Positions 9,132 through 18,229 of a DNA stretch of 64,000 nucleotides are shown piece after piece. This stretch comes from an uncultured virus (IMG/VR IMGVR_UViG_3300045391_003788) (lineage: Duplodnaviria; Heunggongvirae; Uroviricota; Caudoviricetes), in IMG/VR virus record IMGVR_UViG_3300045391_003788; one strand, 5' to 3'. Numbering within the stretch: the stretch's first letter is position 1; each line of letters opens with the position of its first letter. Under the pieces are notes generated by a model. It was given only the letters and a program-made list of their open reading frames with translations. It did no database searches and was not told the origin of the DNA. The translations under genes were made by a program, and so were the position numbers.

Positions 9132-11067
9132 TTACTCGTCGTCCTGCTGCACATCCCGGATCTCCTCCTCCCGGAACACGGGACCGAACCCGGGGATGTC
9201 GCCGAGTCGGTCGGGGTCCGCCACGGCGGGGGAGTCGTCCAGCCCGGACAGGTCGTCCGGCACGATGATCTTCTCTTCGCCGACCTCGACCTCCTCGGGC
9301 CCGGCCTCTTCTTCGACGGCCTCCTCGGCGGGTTCCTCGGGTACCTTCACCTCTCCCGTGACGACGACTCGACCGTGATCGGCGTCTTCGACCTTCTTCG
9401 CCATCTCCTCGGACAACACCTTCATCCGCTCGGCGAACCCCCACGGCAGGCTGATGCCGCCGATGATGACCACCGCCGCGTACGCCCACCGGGGCCGGTC
9501 GGGGAACATCGCCGGGATCGCCCAGAACAGCAGGGCGGTGAACAGGGCGCACGAGGCGAGCACCCGGGCCGACAGCAGCGTCCGCCGGGCGTCAGCGATC
9601 AGAGAACTTTCGGTCACAGCGGGTCGTCCCCCCTTTCCATCTCCTCGCGGACCTCACGGCGCCCGTGCAGGACGCCATTCGCCCAACCCACGCCGTACAT
9701 GCCAATCCCGAAGGCTGCGAGCCCCAGCAACTGAAGCCAATTCATCGCTTCCCCCACATCGCCTGCTCCAGCCGGGTCACGCGGGCCTCGACCCCGGCCT
9801 CGACCGGTACCGGGCCACCGCCGATCTTGTCGGGGTTGCTCGGGTATTCGACCACCGTGACCTTGCCGGAGGCCTTGCTCGGGCCCGCTGCCGTCACCGT
9901 CACCTTCGGCCCGCTCCGGTTGACCGCCACATTGGCCGACGTGATGGCACCGGCGATGGCCGCGTTGAGATCCTTCTCGCGACGCTCGATCTGCACCGGG
10001 TCGTTCAGCACACCGGGCGTCCCCTCGACGATCTGTCTGAGGTGATTGTTCTGGCGTCGTAGGTGCTGCATCTCGCGCTCATAGTCAGACACGATCTTGG
10101 CGGTGCTGTCGGCGTCGCTCTCCAGCCACGCGATCCTGTCGTCCTTCCGGCCGCCCTGACGCTCGTGCTCCCACAGCGACCCGTACAGACCGCGAATCCA
10201 GGCCGCGCAGAGGCCGAGCGTGACGCCTTCGCCGATGAACAACGGCATGATGTTCACTGGTAGTACCGCCCCCCGCCCCCGCCATGGCGTCCGCCATGTC
10301 CGCGTCCCGATCCACCACCGGCCCAGCGCAGGAACCGGGGGATCAGCCACAACGCCAGGGCCAGCAGGATGATCATGGCTCCGGTCTCGTTGCTCATCAG
10401 ATCTCCGAGTCCGCGAGGTAGGTGAGGAATCCGACGAGAGCGAACACTGCGGCGAGGCTGGACAGGACGGCGCCGGGGTTGCCGAACCGCTCGGACCAGG
10501 TGAAGACGGCGACCCACAGCAGGGGCAGTCCGACGGCGGCATGGATGGCCGCCAGGATGAACGCCACGATCCGGATGCGCCGACCCGAGGTGCTCAGGCT
10601 GACTTCTCGCTCCTCGATCTGGCCATATCTATCGCGCTTGATGACCTTAGTGGCAGGCTTCAGGTACCACTCCCGCAGCCGGATGTACCACGGCGGAGGG
10701 GGCGGGTCTTCGGGCTCCCCGAACGGGGGCGCCTCCTCCTTGGCCAGCGGGTCTGAGTTGTCCTTCGGAGATCTCACGCCACGACTCCCTTGATCAGCAT
10801 GTTGTAGAGGACGGTCGGCAGGTAGATCACGATGACCGCGCCGCCGAAGGTGACGATCGCCCAGAAGATCACGGCGGCGACCGGGTTCTGCCGGTGGTTG
10901 AGCATCGCCCAGTAGAAGACGGCCCACCCGGCGCACGCGGCGACGGCCAGCGGCAGGGACACCGCCGGAACGAAGAAGCCGACCGCGAGCAGGAGCAGGG
11001 GGAACGCGAGGAAGCCCCGGCGCTCGTGCCGGTTCAGTCGTTCCGGGTTGGTGCGGGCATAGGTCAC
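9132..11067 (-). CDS. cluster of small membrane proteins (10774-11067, 10397-10777, 10254-10397, 9742-10257 coiled-coil, 9132-9617)
   Basis: Mostly coupled ORFs with 1-3 hydrophobic helices, under the promoter at 11109-11137. Confidence 0.6.
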
Positions 11068-11133
11068 GAGAGTCCCCAGTGAGTCCGAGTCGTCTATCAG
11101 ATGTTTACATCATTCCAACTGGTAGACCAGTTG

Positions 11134-12159
11134 TCAACCCTCGGACTCCATCGGAGGCCATCGGAAGGTGACGGTGTCCCCGTTGCGGAGTTCGGGCAGG
11201 TCGAACCGCAAGACCCGAGGGTTCGCGAACACCTGCCTCAGGGCCTCCCGGGACTCCTCCGAGATCTCCATCCGCTGCGGCATCGTCCACGTCATTGCCT
11301 CGTCGATGACGTACCGACTCGTGCGCTCACTCCACCCTCGACGTGCTTCGCGGATGGAGTGCGGACGGGCGTACTCCCGCATCTGGTCGATGAACCCGCG
11401 CAACTGCTCCTGGGCTCGGCTCGTGTCCACCTGAACTTGGATGGCGGGCTCCGATGACGGTTCCACCGATACCGGGTCTACCGATACCGGGTCTACCGAT
11501 GCGGGTTTCGGCTTGCGCTCCGCAGGCCGGTACCGGTCGTCGACCGGTCGGGGTGCCAGCCGGTGCACGATCTCCATGATCCCGTCGTCGCGGGCCCCCC
11601 GCTTCATCATCTGGTAGTCACCGCACCACTGGCACTGACGCGCCAACTGGTCCATCTGCCCGGCCGACAGCGGCAGGTTCGCGATCATCTTCAGACCGCG
11701 TGCCGCCTCGCCGTGCCGCGACACAGCCTCGTCATGCAGCCAGTCGATCACTGGAGCCCACTCCGGCAGTCGCGTCTTCATCCGCTCGGCGAGGGCCAGG
11801 TGAAGGGCGGCCAACTCCTGGTCGCAGGCCCGGCCGACCCACGCGCTCTCGTCGCGCCGGATGTTGTCCAGGTCGATGTAGTGCAGTTGCTCCTCGCGGG
11901 TCCACCGGTCCCAGCCGTTCCAACCCCAAGGGTTGCGGGGGCCGTACTTGCGCGCCATCTGGTCGACGAACTCACCCACCGGGTCGCTGGACAACTTCCG
12001 CCAGGCGGCGTAGTGGCCCTGTTCGACCACATGCTCGATCCGGCCGAGGGAGTCGTAGTAGGTGTCGATTCGCAGCCCGTCCAGGACGGCGTCGAGGTCG
12101 GCATCTGTCCAGGCCGGGGTCGGCGGCAGCAGGTCCGCGTCGAGAGGCTTCCGAGTCAT
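11134..12159 (-). CDS. hypothetical protein, WCGxY paralog family (leaderless)
   Basis: MDQLARQCQWCGDYQMMKRGARDDGIM; promoter TTGACG-17-CATGAT-6-ATG. Confidence 0.8.
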   Translation of the reverse strand: MTRKPLDADLLPPTPAWTDADLDAVLDGLRIDTYYDSLGRIEHVVEQGHYAAWRKLSSDPVGEFVDQMARKYGPRNPWGWNGWDRWTREEQLHYIDLDNIRRDESAWVGRACDQELAALHLALAERMKTRLPEWAPVIDWLHDEAVSRHGEAARGLKMIANLPLSAGQMDQLARQCQWCGDYQMMKRGARDDGIMEIVHRLAPRPVDDRYRPAERKPKPASVDPVSVDPVSVEPSSEPAIQVQVDTSRAQEQLRGFIDQMREYARPHSIREARRGWSERTSRYVIDEAMTWTMPQRMEISEESREALRQVFANPRVLRFDLPELRNGDTVTFRWPPMESEG

Positions 12160-12190
12160 GAGTACATCATGGCACATTGACAACGACTCG

Positions 12191-14044
12191 TCAATCGAAC
12201 TTCGGCTCGATCCGGAAGTTGTAGCAATTGCGACCCCGGAGCCCGTCCTTGTAGTTGGGGAACGATCCGTACCCCAACTTCCGCAGGGTGATGCCCAGCC
12301 CCCGTTGACTCCACTGTTCGGTGGTGTACTCCTCGCGCGCGTTCACCTTGGCCAGCACAGTCTCGGCCAGCACGTACGGTTCGTCACCCTGGATTTCGCG
12401 GCAGACCCGCAGTAGGACCGGTTCCTCCACGGCGAGGGCCTCCCGGCGCTGGTGCGGCAGCCGCATCAACTTCTCCCGCAGATCCCGGGCCCGCATCGCC
12501 ACCATCCGGCGCTGGGCCAGGTCGCAGCGGTGCACTCGGACGTCCTGCGCCTCGACCAGGGTCTCGGTGTCGTCGGCGCCGTAGAGGATGAACACACCGG
12601 CGGTGCGCGGCAGCCTCGCCGCATCCCAGCCCTCCTGGTAGGCCGCCGATCCGAGGATCGTCTCCGAGGAATGCCGGGAGGTGCAGTATCCGGCGGCCCG
12701 GGTGCCGAGGACGTCACGCACCTGGGAGGGCACCGAGTCCACGTCCGGTCGCTGCGTCCCGACCACCAGCCAGATCCCGACGTACTGCCCGGTCTTCGCA
12801 ATGTCCTCGACCAGGTTCACGATCTCGCGCCCGTACTTCGGATGCTTGAACGCCCACTGGATCTCGTCGATGAACGTGATGATCGGCTGAAGCGACAATG
12901 CGGGGTCCTGGGCGAGATCCTTGGTCAACTGCCCGTTCGGCACCCGCTCGTGGTCTTCGTCCGCCAATTCGGAGAGCAATTCACCACGCCGGGCGATCTC
13001 GTCCTGCATCGCCTTCAAATGCTTGATCAGGTTGGCGTACACCGCCGGGGACCGACCGATGCCGCACTGAATCGCCAGGTCGATGAACATGCGCCAGTCG
13101 GCGCCGCCCTTGAAGTCGAACACAGCCAGATCGGCATCCGGGTCCAGCGCCACGGCGAGGGCGAGCAGGCACATCAGGTTCGTCTTACCCATCCGAGGAA
13201 TGGCACCGACGATCCAGCCGGTCATCACCAGGGACACCACAACCGGGTTGTCGCGCTTGTCCTGGGCGATCGGAATGGGATTCCAGATCGAGATCTGCTC
13301 GGCCGTCATAAAGGGAGTCTGTGCGGGCGGCCGGGAGTACGGGTCGATGTCGGTGCCCATCAGGGTGATCACCGAGTTGTTCTGCGGGTGGACCTTGATG
13401 TCCAACTGGGAGGGGCCCACGCCGAGCGCGGCCATGATGCCCTCCTTGGCCTTCACCACGGCGGAGCCCGGGACGACGCCCGGCATCTGAAGCCGGATCG
13501 CCCACCACACGTGCCGGGAATCCCAGACCACACCCGGCCCGAGCACCCGGATCTTCTGCCAGTCGTCGGCCTTCATGCCGGTGGTGGCCGCCGCGACGAT
13601 CTGCCGGGCGGTGTCCCCGTTGACCACCGGCCGGACCGGAACGGCCTCCTTCTCCACCAGGACACCGGACTCCTTCGGGCGGCCCCAGGCGCCCAGCCCC
13701 CCCGCCGTGGCGAGCGCCAGCAGACTCATCCCGAACATGCCGAACGCCGCCCAGCAGAAGATCAGGAACCCGGTGCCGACCAGCACGGTGACCCAGGACA
13801 CGGCCCGCCGGAAGTGGCACCAGTTGTCGTGCCGGATGCGGGTCGCGGTGGTCGCGTTGTCACCGATCAGGTGAGCCTTGTCCACGGCGGTGATCCAGCC
13901 GTGGTACCACGTGAAGAACTTGCCGACACCACGCAGGATGGCGGTGAATGCCCGCCACGCGGTCTTGTGATGCACCAGACGGCGCAGGAAAACGTGCAGG
14001 TCGGAGACCGGCTTCTTCTCTGCCTGAATGTTCGGCTGGCTCAT
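12191..14044 (-). CDS. FtsK/SpoIIIE-family DNA translocase, TraB-like
   Basis: N-terminal TM helices, Walker A GAIPRMGKT, FDFKGG, Walker B FIDE, GIWLVVGTQRP, short C-terminal domain. Confidence 0.88.
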   Translation of the reverse strand: MSQPNIQAEKKPVSDLHVFLRRLVHHKTAWRAFTAILRGVGKFFTWYHGWITAVDKAHLIGDNATTATRIRHDNWCHFRRAVSWVTVLVGTGFLIFCWAAFGMFGMSLLALATAGGLGAWGRPKESGVLVEKEAVPVRPVVNGDTARQIVAAATTGMKADDWQKIRVLGPGVVWDSRHVWWAIRLQMPGVVPGSAVVKAKEGIMAALGVGPSQLDIKVHPQNNSVITLMGTDIDPYSRPPAQTPFMTAEQISIWNPIPIAQDKRDNPVVVSLVMTGWIVGAIPRMGKTNLMCLLALAVALDPDADLAVFDFKGGADWRMFIDLAIQCGIGRSPAVYANLIKHLKAMQDEIARRGELLSELADEDHERVPNGQLTKDLAQDPALSLQPIITFIDEIQWAFKHPKYGREIVNLVEDIAKTGQYVGIWLVVGTQRPDVDSVPSQVRDVLGTRAAGYCTSRHSSETILGSAAYQEGWDAARLPRTAGVFILYGADDTETLVEAQDVRVHRCDLAQRRMVAMRARDLREKLMRLPHQRREALAVEEPVLLRVCREIQGDEPYVLAETVLAKVNAREEYTTEQWSQRGLGITLRKLGYGSFPNYKDGLRGRNCYNFRIEPKFD

Positions 14045-14050
14045 CTGGTG

Positions 14051-15051
14051 TTACCCCACCCGGTCACCGTTGTCGGCCTCGACGACGATCTCGGGACTGT
14101 CATCGGCCTGCTCGAAGCCGTAGTCGTCGTCCTCGATCTCGCCGTCGACCGTGTCGATGTCGTAGAAGTGGCCGATGTCCTCGACATCCACGTTCTCGCC
14201 GACCACCTCGGCGTCGATGGTGTCGTCCCGTTCGGCGTCGTACACCGGGTCGTGGTCGACCCACGAGGACGGCGTGACCGCCTCGTCGCCCTTCACCGAG
14301 TAGCCCTGCGGGGTCTTGTCCACACCGGTGGAGAACCCGGTGGATCCGCCGCCACCACCGGAGCGCGAGCCGCCCGAGCGCGAGCCTGCGTGACGGGTCG
14401 ACCGGCGACCGGTACCGACCGGGTAGGAGCCGATCGCGAACGGGTTGCCGTGCGTTCGGCGCGCCGTGCGCATCTCGTGGGACGCGACGATGCCCCAGGC
14501 GATCCAGTACATCAGGCCTGGTCGGCGGGCTCGACTACCACTCATCCACGAATTGTAAACCCGAATGGTGCAATCGGAGCAACCCGTTGTGCGGAATCAG
14601 TGTGCGTGGTCTGCGTATGCCTCGATGTCCAACACGAAAGAGCCCACGTCATGGCCGTCATTCAGCGGTTGGTGCTCGACCTCTTCGACCACGAATCGGG
14701 CGCCGTCGAGGTCCCGCACGATCACCAGGTCATGGTCGGGGACCTTGCGGAGCATAGCCCTCAGTTGCCCAGCGTTCACTTGTCCTCCTCGCCTGGGTTG
14801 GCCTCGGCCCTCTCGGCCTTGACGATCTTGTACAGCCGGTCGAACTCCTTACCCGTCTTGCCGACCCCGAACCACAGCCGCAATTGGATCGCGCCGAGCG
14901 TGCACACCCCGACCGTCCCGAGCGTGCCGAACGGGATCGTCCACACCCACCAGATCTCCAGGCCGAAGACCACGAGGGCGCACACGACCCAGCCCAGGTA
15001 CCGACCGGCGGCGCGGTGGTAATCCGCTACCGATTGCGCCATCGAACGCAT
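14051..15051 (-). CDS. three hypothetical genes upstream of the translocase (14776-15051 membrane protein, 14597-14779, 14051-14545)
   Basis: Co-oriented ORFs; 14776-15051 has two TM segments. Confidence 0.55.
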
Positions 15052-15118
15052 CTCTCCTTCCTGCGAAAAACAGTGCGAACCAAGCGTTGCCGCAGGCTCG
15101 ATCCGTTACCTTCGGCAC

Positions 15119-15328
15119 ATGCAAAACCGCGACGTCAGGGTCCTGTTGGAGGCCCATGGGCACCGGATTTCATCCTGGACCCTGCGTCGCATCCCTCGTG
15201 ACCTACTGCCGTACACCACCACCGAGGGCGGCCACCGCCGGTACTCCGAGTCGGACGTCGAGGCCTACCTCCACCACCTCACTCGGGCGGATTCTCCCGA
15301 GGGGCCGGTGCCGTCGTATTCCGGGTGA
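15119..15328 (+). CDS. BldC/excisionase-like small HTH protein
   Basis: TTEGGHRRYSESDVEAYL resembles the BldC-family RTxGGHRRY motif. Confidence 0.65.
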   Translation: MQNRDVRVLLEAHGHRISSWTLRRIPRDLLPYTTTEGGHRRYSESDVEAYLHHLTRADSPEGPVPSYSG

Positions 15329-16160
15329 CGATGTCGTGGTAGGTCCGCAGCACGAGCATCAGCACCCGGACCGCCTGGTCGTCGCGCAGGTCGGCGTGCC
15401 GCTGGAGAAGTAGCCCGGTCCGGCGCACTAACTCCGCCTCGGCGGGCTCCAGCGTCTTGCGCAGGTGGGCGTCCAGGCGCAGCAGGGCGTTCTGTCGGTT
15501 GGCCTCGTCCAGTTCGGCGTTCAGCCGCCCGGCCTCCAGGGTCGCGATCCGGAACGCCTCCCGGAACTCGTCGGCCTGCCGCTCGGCGTTGCGCCGGGCC
15601 TGGGTCTGCAACTCGATCTCACGCGTGGCCTCGTCAACCAACCCCTGGTCCGAACTGCCGGTGACGTTGCGCAGCGCCTCCAACTCGGCCTTGACTCGCT
15701 CCAACTCCTCACGGGTTTCGGCGAGGACCACGGCGGACGTCCGGCGGCGACGGGCGATGGAGCGACCCTGCCGATGCTTCTCCAGGACGTACACGCTCTG
15801 ATTGCCTCGGCTCTGGTGCAGGCGGACCACGTCGTTCGGGTCGAGGTTGGTCAGGCCCTTGTCGTGGCTGACCTTGTCGAGGATCGAGAGGGTCTGGCTG
15901 GACATGCCGTGGTGCCACTCGCTGCCCGTCGCCGCCGTGGCGGTGTCCGACAACTCGTGGATGGTCAGGCCCTGGTCGCCCTTCTCGTCCAGCAGACCGA
16001 CCACGAAGGTCTGCCGGTAGGTCGAGATCTCGGCCTCGTCGATGTGCTCCTGGCGCTCCTGGGACGGCCCCTCGGCGGAGTGGCCAGTTCCCGGCGCGCT
16101 CCCGGGGCCGTAGGGGCGGACCGCCCTACGCCCGAACATGGGGTTCCGTCCAGTCATCAT
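15279..16160 (-). CDS. hypothetical coiled-coil protein (leaderless)
   Basis: Heptad-rich C-terminal half; promoter at 16167-16195. Confidence 0.65.
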   Translation of the reverse strand: MMTGRNPMFGRRAVRPYGPGSAPGTGHSAEGPSQERQEHIDEAEISTYRQTFVVGLLDEKGDQGLTIHELSDTATAATGSEWHHGMSSQTLSILDKVSHDKGLTNLDPNDVVRLHQSRGNQSVYVLEKHRQGRSIARRRRTSAVVLAETREELERVKAELEALRNVTGSSDQGLVDEATREIELQTQARRNAERQADEFREAFRIATLEAGRLNAELDEANRQNALLRLDAHLRKTLEPAEAELVRRTGLLLQRHADLRDDQAVRVLMLVLRTYHDIVTRNTTAPAPRENPPE

Positions 16161-16224
16161 GTGACCATCATCGCTGGTCTACTACAACTTGTCAACTCCC
16201 CCGATGACCAGGTACGATCCGGAC

Positions 16225-17344
16225 ATGACGACGAAGACAGCGACCGAGGCGTTTGACGAGTGGGTGGCCCACCGGGCCCCCCGCCTGGAGAACACCGACC
16301 CGATTCTGATGAACGTGCTGTACGCCGCGTTCACGGCGGGCTGGTGGGCCTACGAGAACAATGTCGAGAGCCTGGCGGACATCGGCGCCACGTCCGCCTC
16401 CACCACCAGGCCGGTGCAACGAGGTAGCGACGGGTGCATCTGTATCGGGCCGCACCTCGGTGAGTACGAGCACTTCACCGACTGCCCGCACTACCAGCCG
16501 TGACCTACCCCGAGCCGCTGGTCCGGTGTCGTGAGGCGGATTCTCTCGAACTCATGCCACCGGATGGATGCGCTTCGGCCGGGCGAGCCTACGCCACGGC
16601 GATTGAGTACGGCTGGACGGCTCGGGTCACCTACGCGAAAGGCCAGTCGCCGGACGCTCAGGGCGAACCCGACTGGGAGGTCGACAAGATCCCGCTGGAG
16701 GACGAGGGCGGCAATCCTGTTCTCACGCCCACCGGTCGGCGAGCAACCAAGGAGCAGGTCACCAATCGTCCGCTCATCGTGGAGTCCTTGGTGCTCCGGG
16801 CGGATCGCGGCACGCAGTGGGTGAGGGCGTGCTGGGAGCGCCGTTGGCGCGATGGCGTACCGGATACCTGGAAATTCGACTTCGGATATGCCAATCACCC
16901 ATCCGGAACGGGGGCCATAAAAGTGGACTCCAACCCAATGATCCGCATTCTCAAGGGGGCGCCGGAGGAATGAACATCATGATTAAGGGTGCACAGAAAC
17001 AACTCACCGGACCCCAGATCCTCGCCTTGGAGGTCGGTGGGAACGACGCCGGAGCCAAGACGGTCGGCCAGTATCTGGTCGACCTGATGCGCCAGTACTG
17101 GCGCGACGGAGACGATTTCGAACCGTCCGCCCCGTTCGGGGAGTCCTTCATCGGCTGGCGCAGCGTCCTGCAACAGGCTCTCGTCGTGGCCGGGGCCGTG
17201 GACAGTGAGGTCGACCGGGACGGCATCGAACGGTACGACACGGTAGTCACTCGCGCCCACGTCGACCTGCTCATCGACTCGGCGATCCGCGCGCTGTACA
17301 ACGGGTACCGAGTCGAGGACGAACCCGAGGAGGAGACCCCATGA
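16225..17344 (+). CDS. three hypothetical genes (16225-16503, 16500-16973, 16970-17344)
   Basis: Coupled ORFs after TTGTCA-18-TACGAT-6-ATG. Confidence 0.65.
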
Positions 17345-17463
17345 AGCGCAAGATGATCGTGCTGCTGATTGCCGTGAGCACCAGCATCGGCCTCACCGTG
17401 ATGTGTGCGGAGGCCTCGTCGGCCACCACGCGCGTCGTGGCCGGGCCGGTGAAGTGCTGCTGA
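17341..17463 (+). CDS. 40-aa predicted secreted peptide MKRKMIVLLIAVSTSIGLTVMCAEASSATTRVVAGPVKCC
   Basis: GAGGAG RBS, ATGA coupling, signal-peptide layout, terminator immediately downstream. Confidence 0.65.
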   Translation: MKRKMIVLLIAVSTSIGLTVMCAEASSATTRVVAGPVKCC

Positions 17464-17471
17464 CGATCTCA

Positions 17472-17900
17472 GAAAAGCAAGCGACCCCCGGGGCTTACCC
17501 TAGCCCCGGGGGTCTTTGAATGTGGGTTTCACAGACCCATGGCATTCCTGCCTCACCTTGCGATTCCTCGTACGTTTAAAGCCAATCCTTGCTGTTGAGT
17601 TCGTCCGATGTTCCGCCGACAGAACTTCCCCGGCATGATTTGGAGCCAGGGGTGGGGTTCGAACCCACGCCTTCGGACAAGTGCGGGACTGACTGGTCGA
17701 CCGAGGAAACCGGTGTTTCTTCGTGAGATTAGAGCGCGAATCTCACACTTACCGGCGGTGCCTCTGCTGTTGGGCTACCGGCGCATGAATGGTGCGCCGG
17801 GCAGGTCTTGCACCTGCACTGAGCCGCCGTTATCAGCCTCAGCCTGAGCCTCAGCCTTCCCCTCACGGGGACCCCTGCGCTCAACAGGGGAGTCTGTTGG
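17472..17900 (-). ncRNA. structured RNA with two circularly permuted tRNA-like domains (17753-17829, 17601-17680)
   Basis: Each domain reads anticodon-stem 3' strand, T arm, acceptor 3' strand + NCCA, short linker, acceptor 5' strand, D arm, anticodon-stem 5' strand. Confidence 0.8.
17483..17514. terminator. bidirectional terminator
   Basis: GACCCCCGGGGCT / AGCCCCGGGGGTC stem with T-rich flanks on both strands. Confidence 0.85.
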
Positions 17901-17901
17901 G

Positions 17902-18227
17902 TCATTCTCGACGACGGAGCCGGGGGGCCAGCACCTTCACGATGAATGCTGCGCTCGAACCCATGCACACCACACTCATGACGGTGAACCAGCCACTACC
18001 GGGACCTACGATCAATGTCCCCAGGAGGGACACGGTCCCCAGGTTCAGCAGAGACAGATCCCGCGTCGACAGACCCGCATGTCGGGCCGGTTCGTGCATC
18101 AACGGATCGTGTGCCATGGTTATGGATCGCCTCCGTAGCAGGTGCAGTGGTTGCCCACGCACCCCTTGTTCTGCGTGACGCAGGTTCGGCCAGGTGGGTG
18201 AGCCCAGCCGCCACACCGCATGCACAT
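17902..18227 (-). CDS. small Cys-rich peptide (18120-18227) and small two-TM membrane protein (17902-18117)
   Basis: Short co-oriented ORFs between the 248-aa gene and the RNA; GGAGG RBS before 18117. Confidence 0.5.
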
Positions 18228-18229
18228 GG

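Noticed and set aside
11466..11500. 15-bp tandem repeat
   Set aside because: Encodes an SVDPV low-complexity linker.
12452..15022. Long + strand ORFs (also 35327-36592, 45684-47879, 48114-50048, 50996-54034)
   Set aside because: Antisense shadows of well-supported minus-strand genes in GC-rich DNA; no recognisable motifs.
17641..17720. Conventional tRNA gene or attP remnant suggested by GGTTCGAACCC...CCA
   Set aside because: No 5' half lies upstream; the matching half lies downstream (permuted), and no integrase was found.
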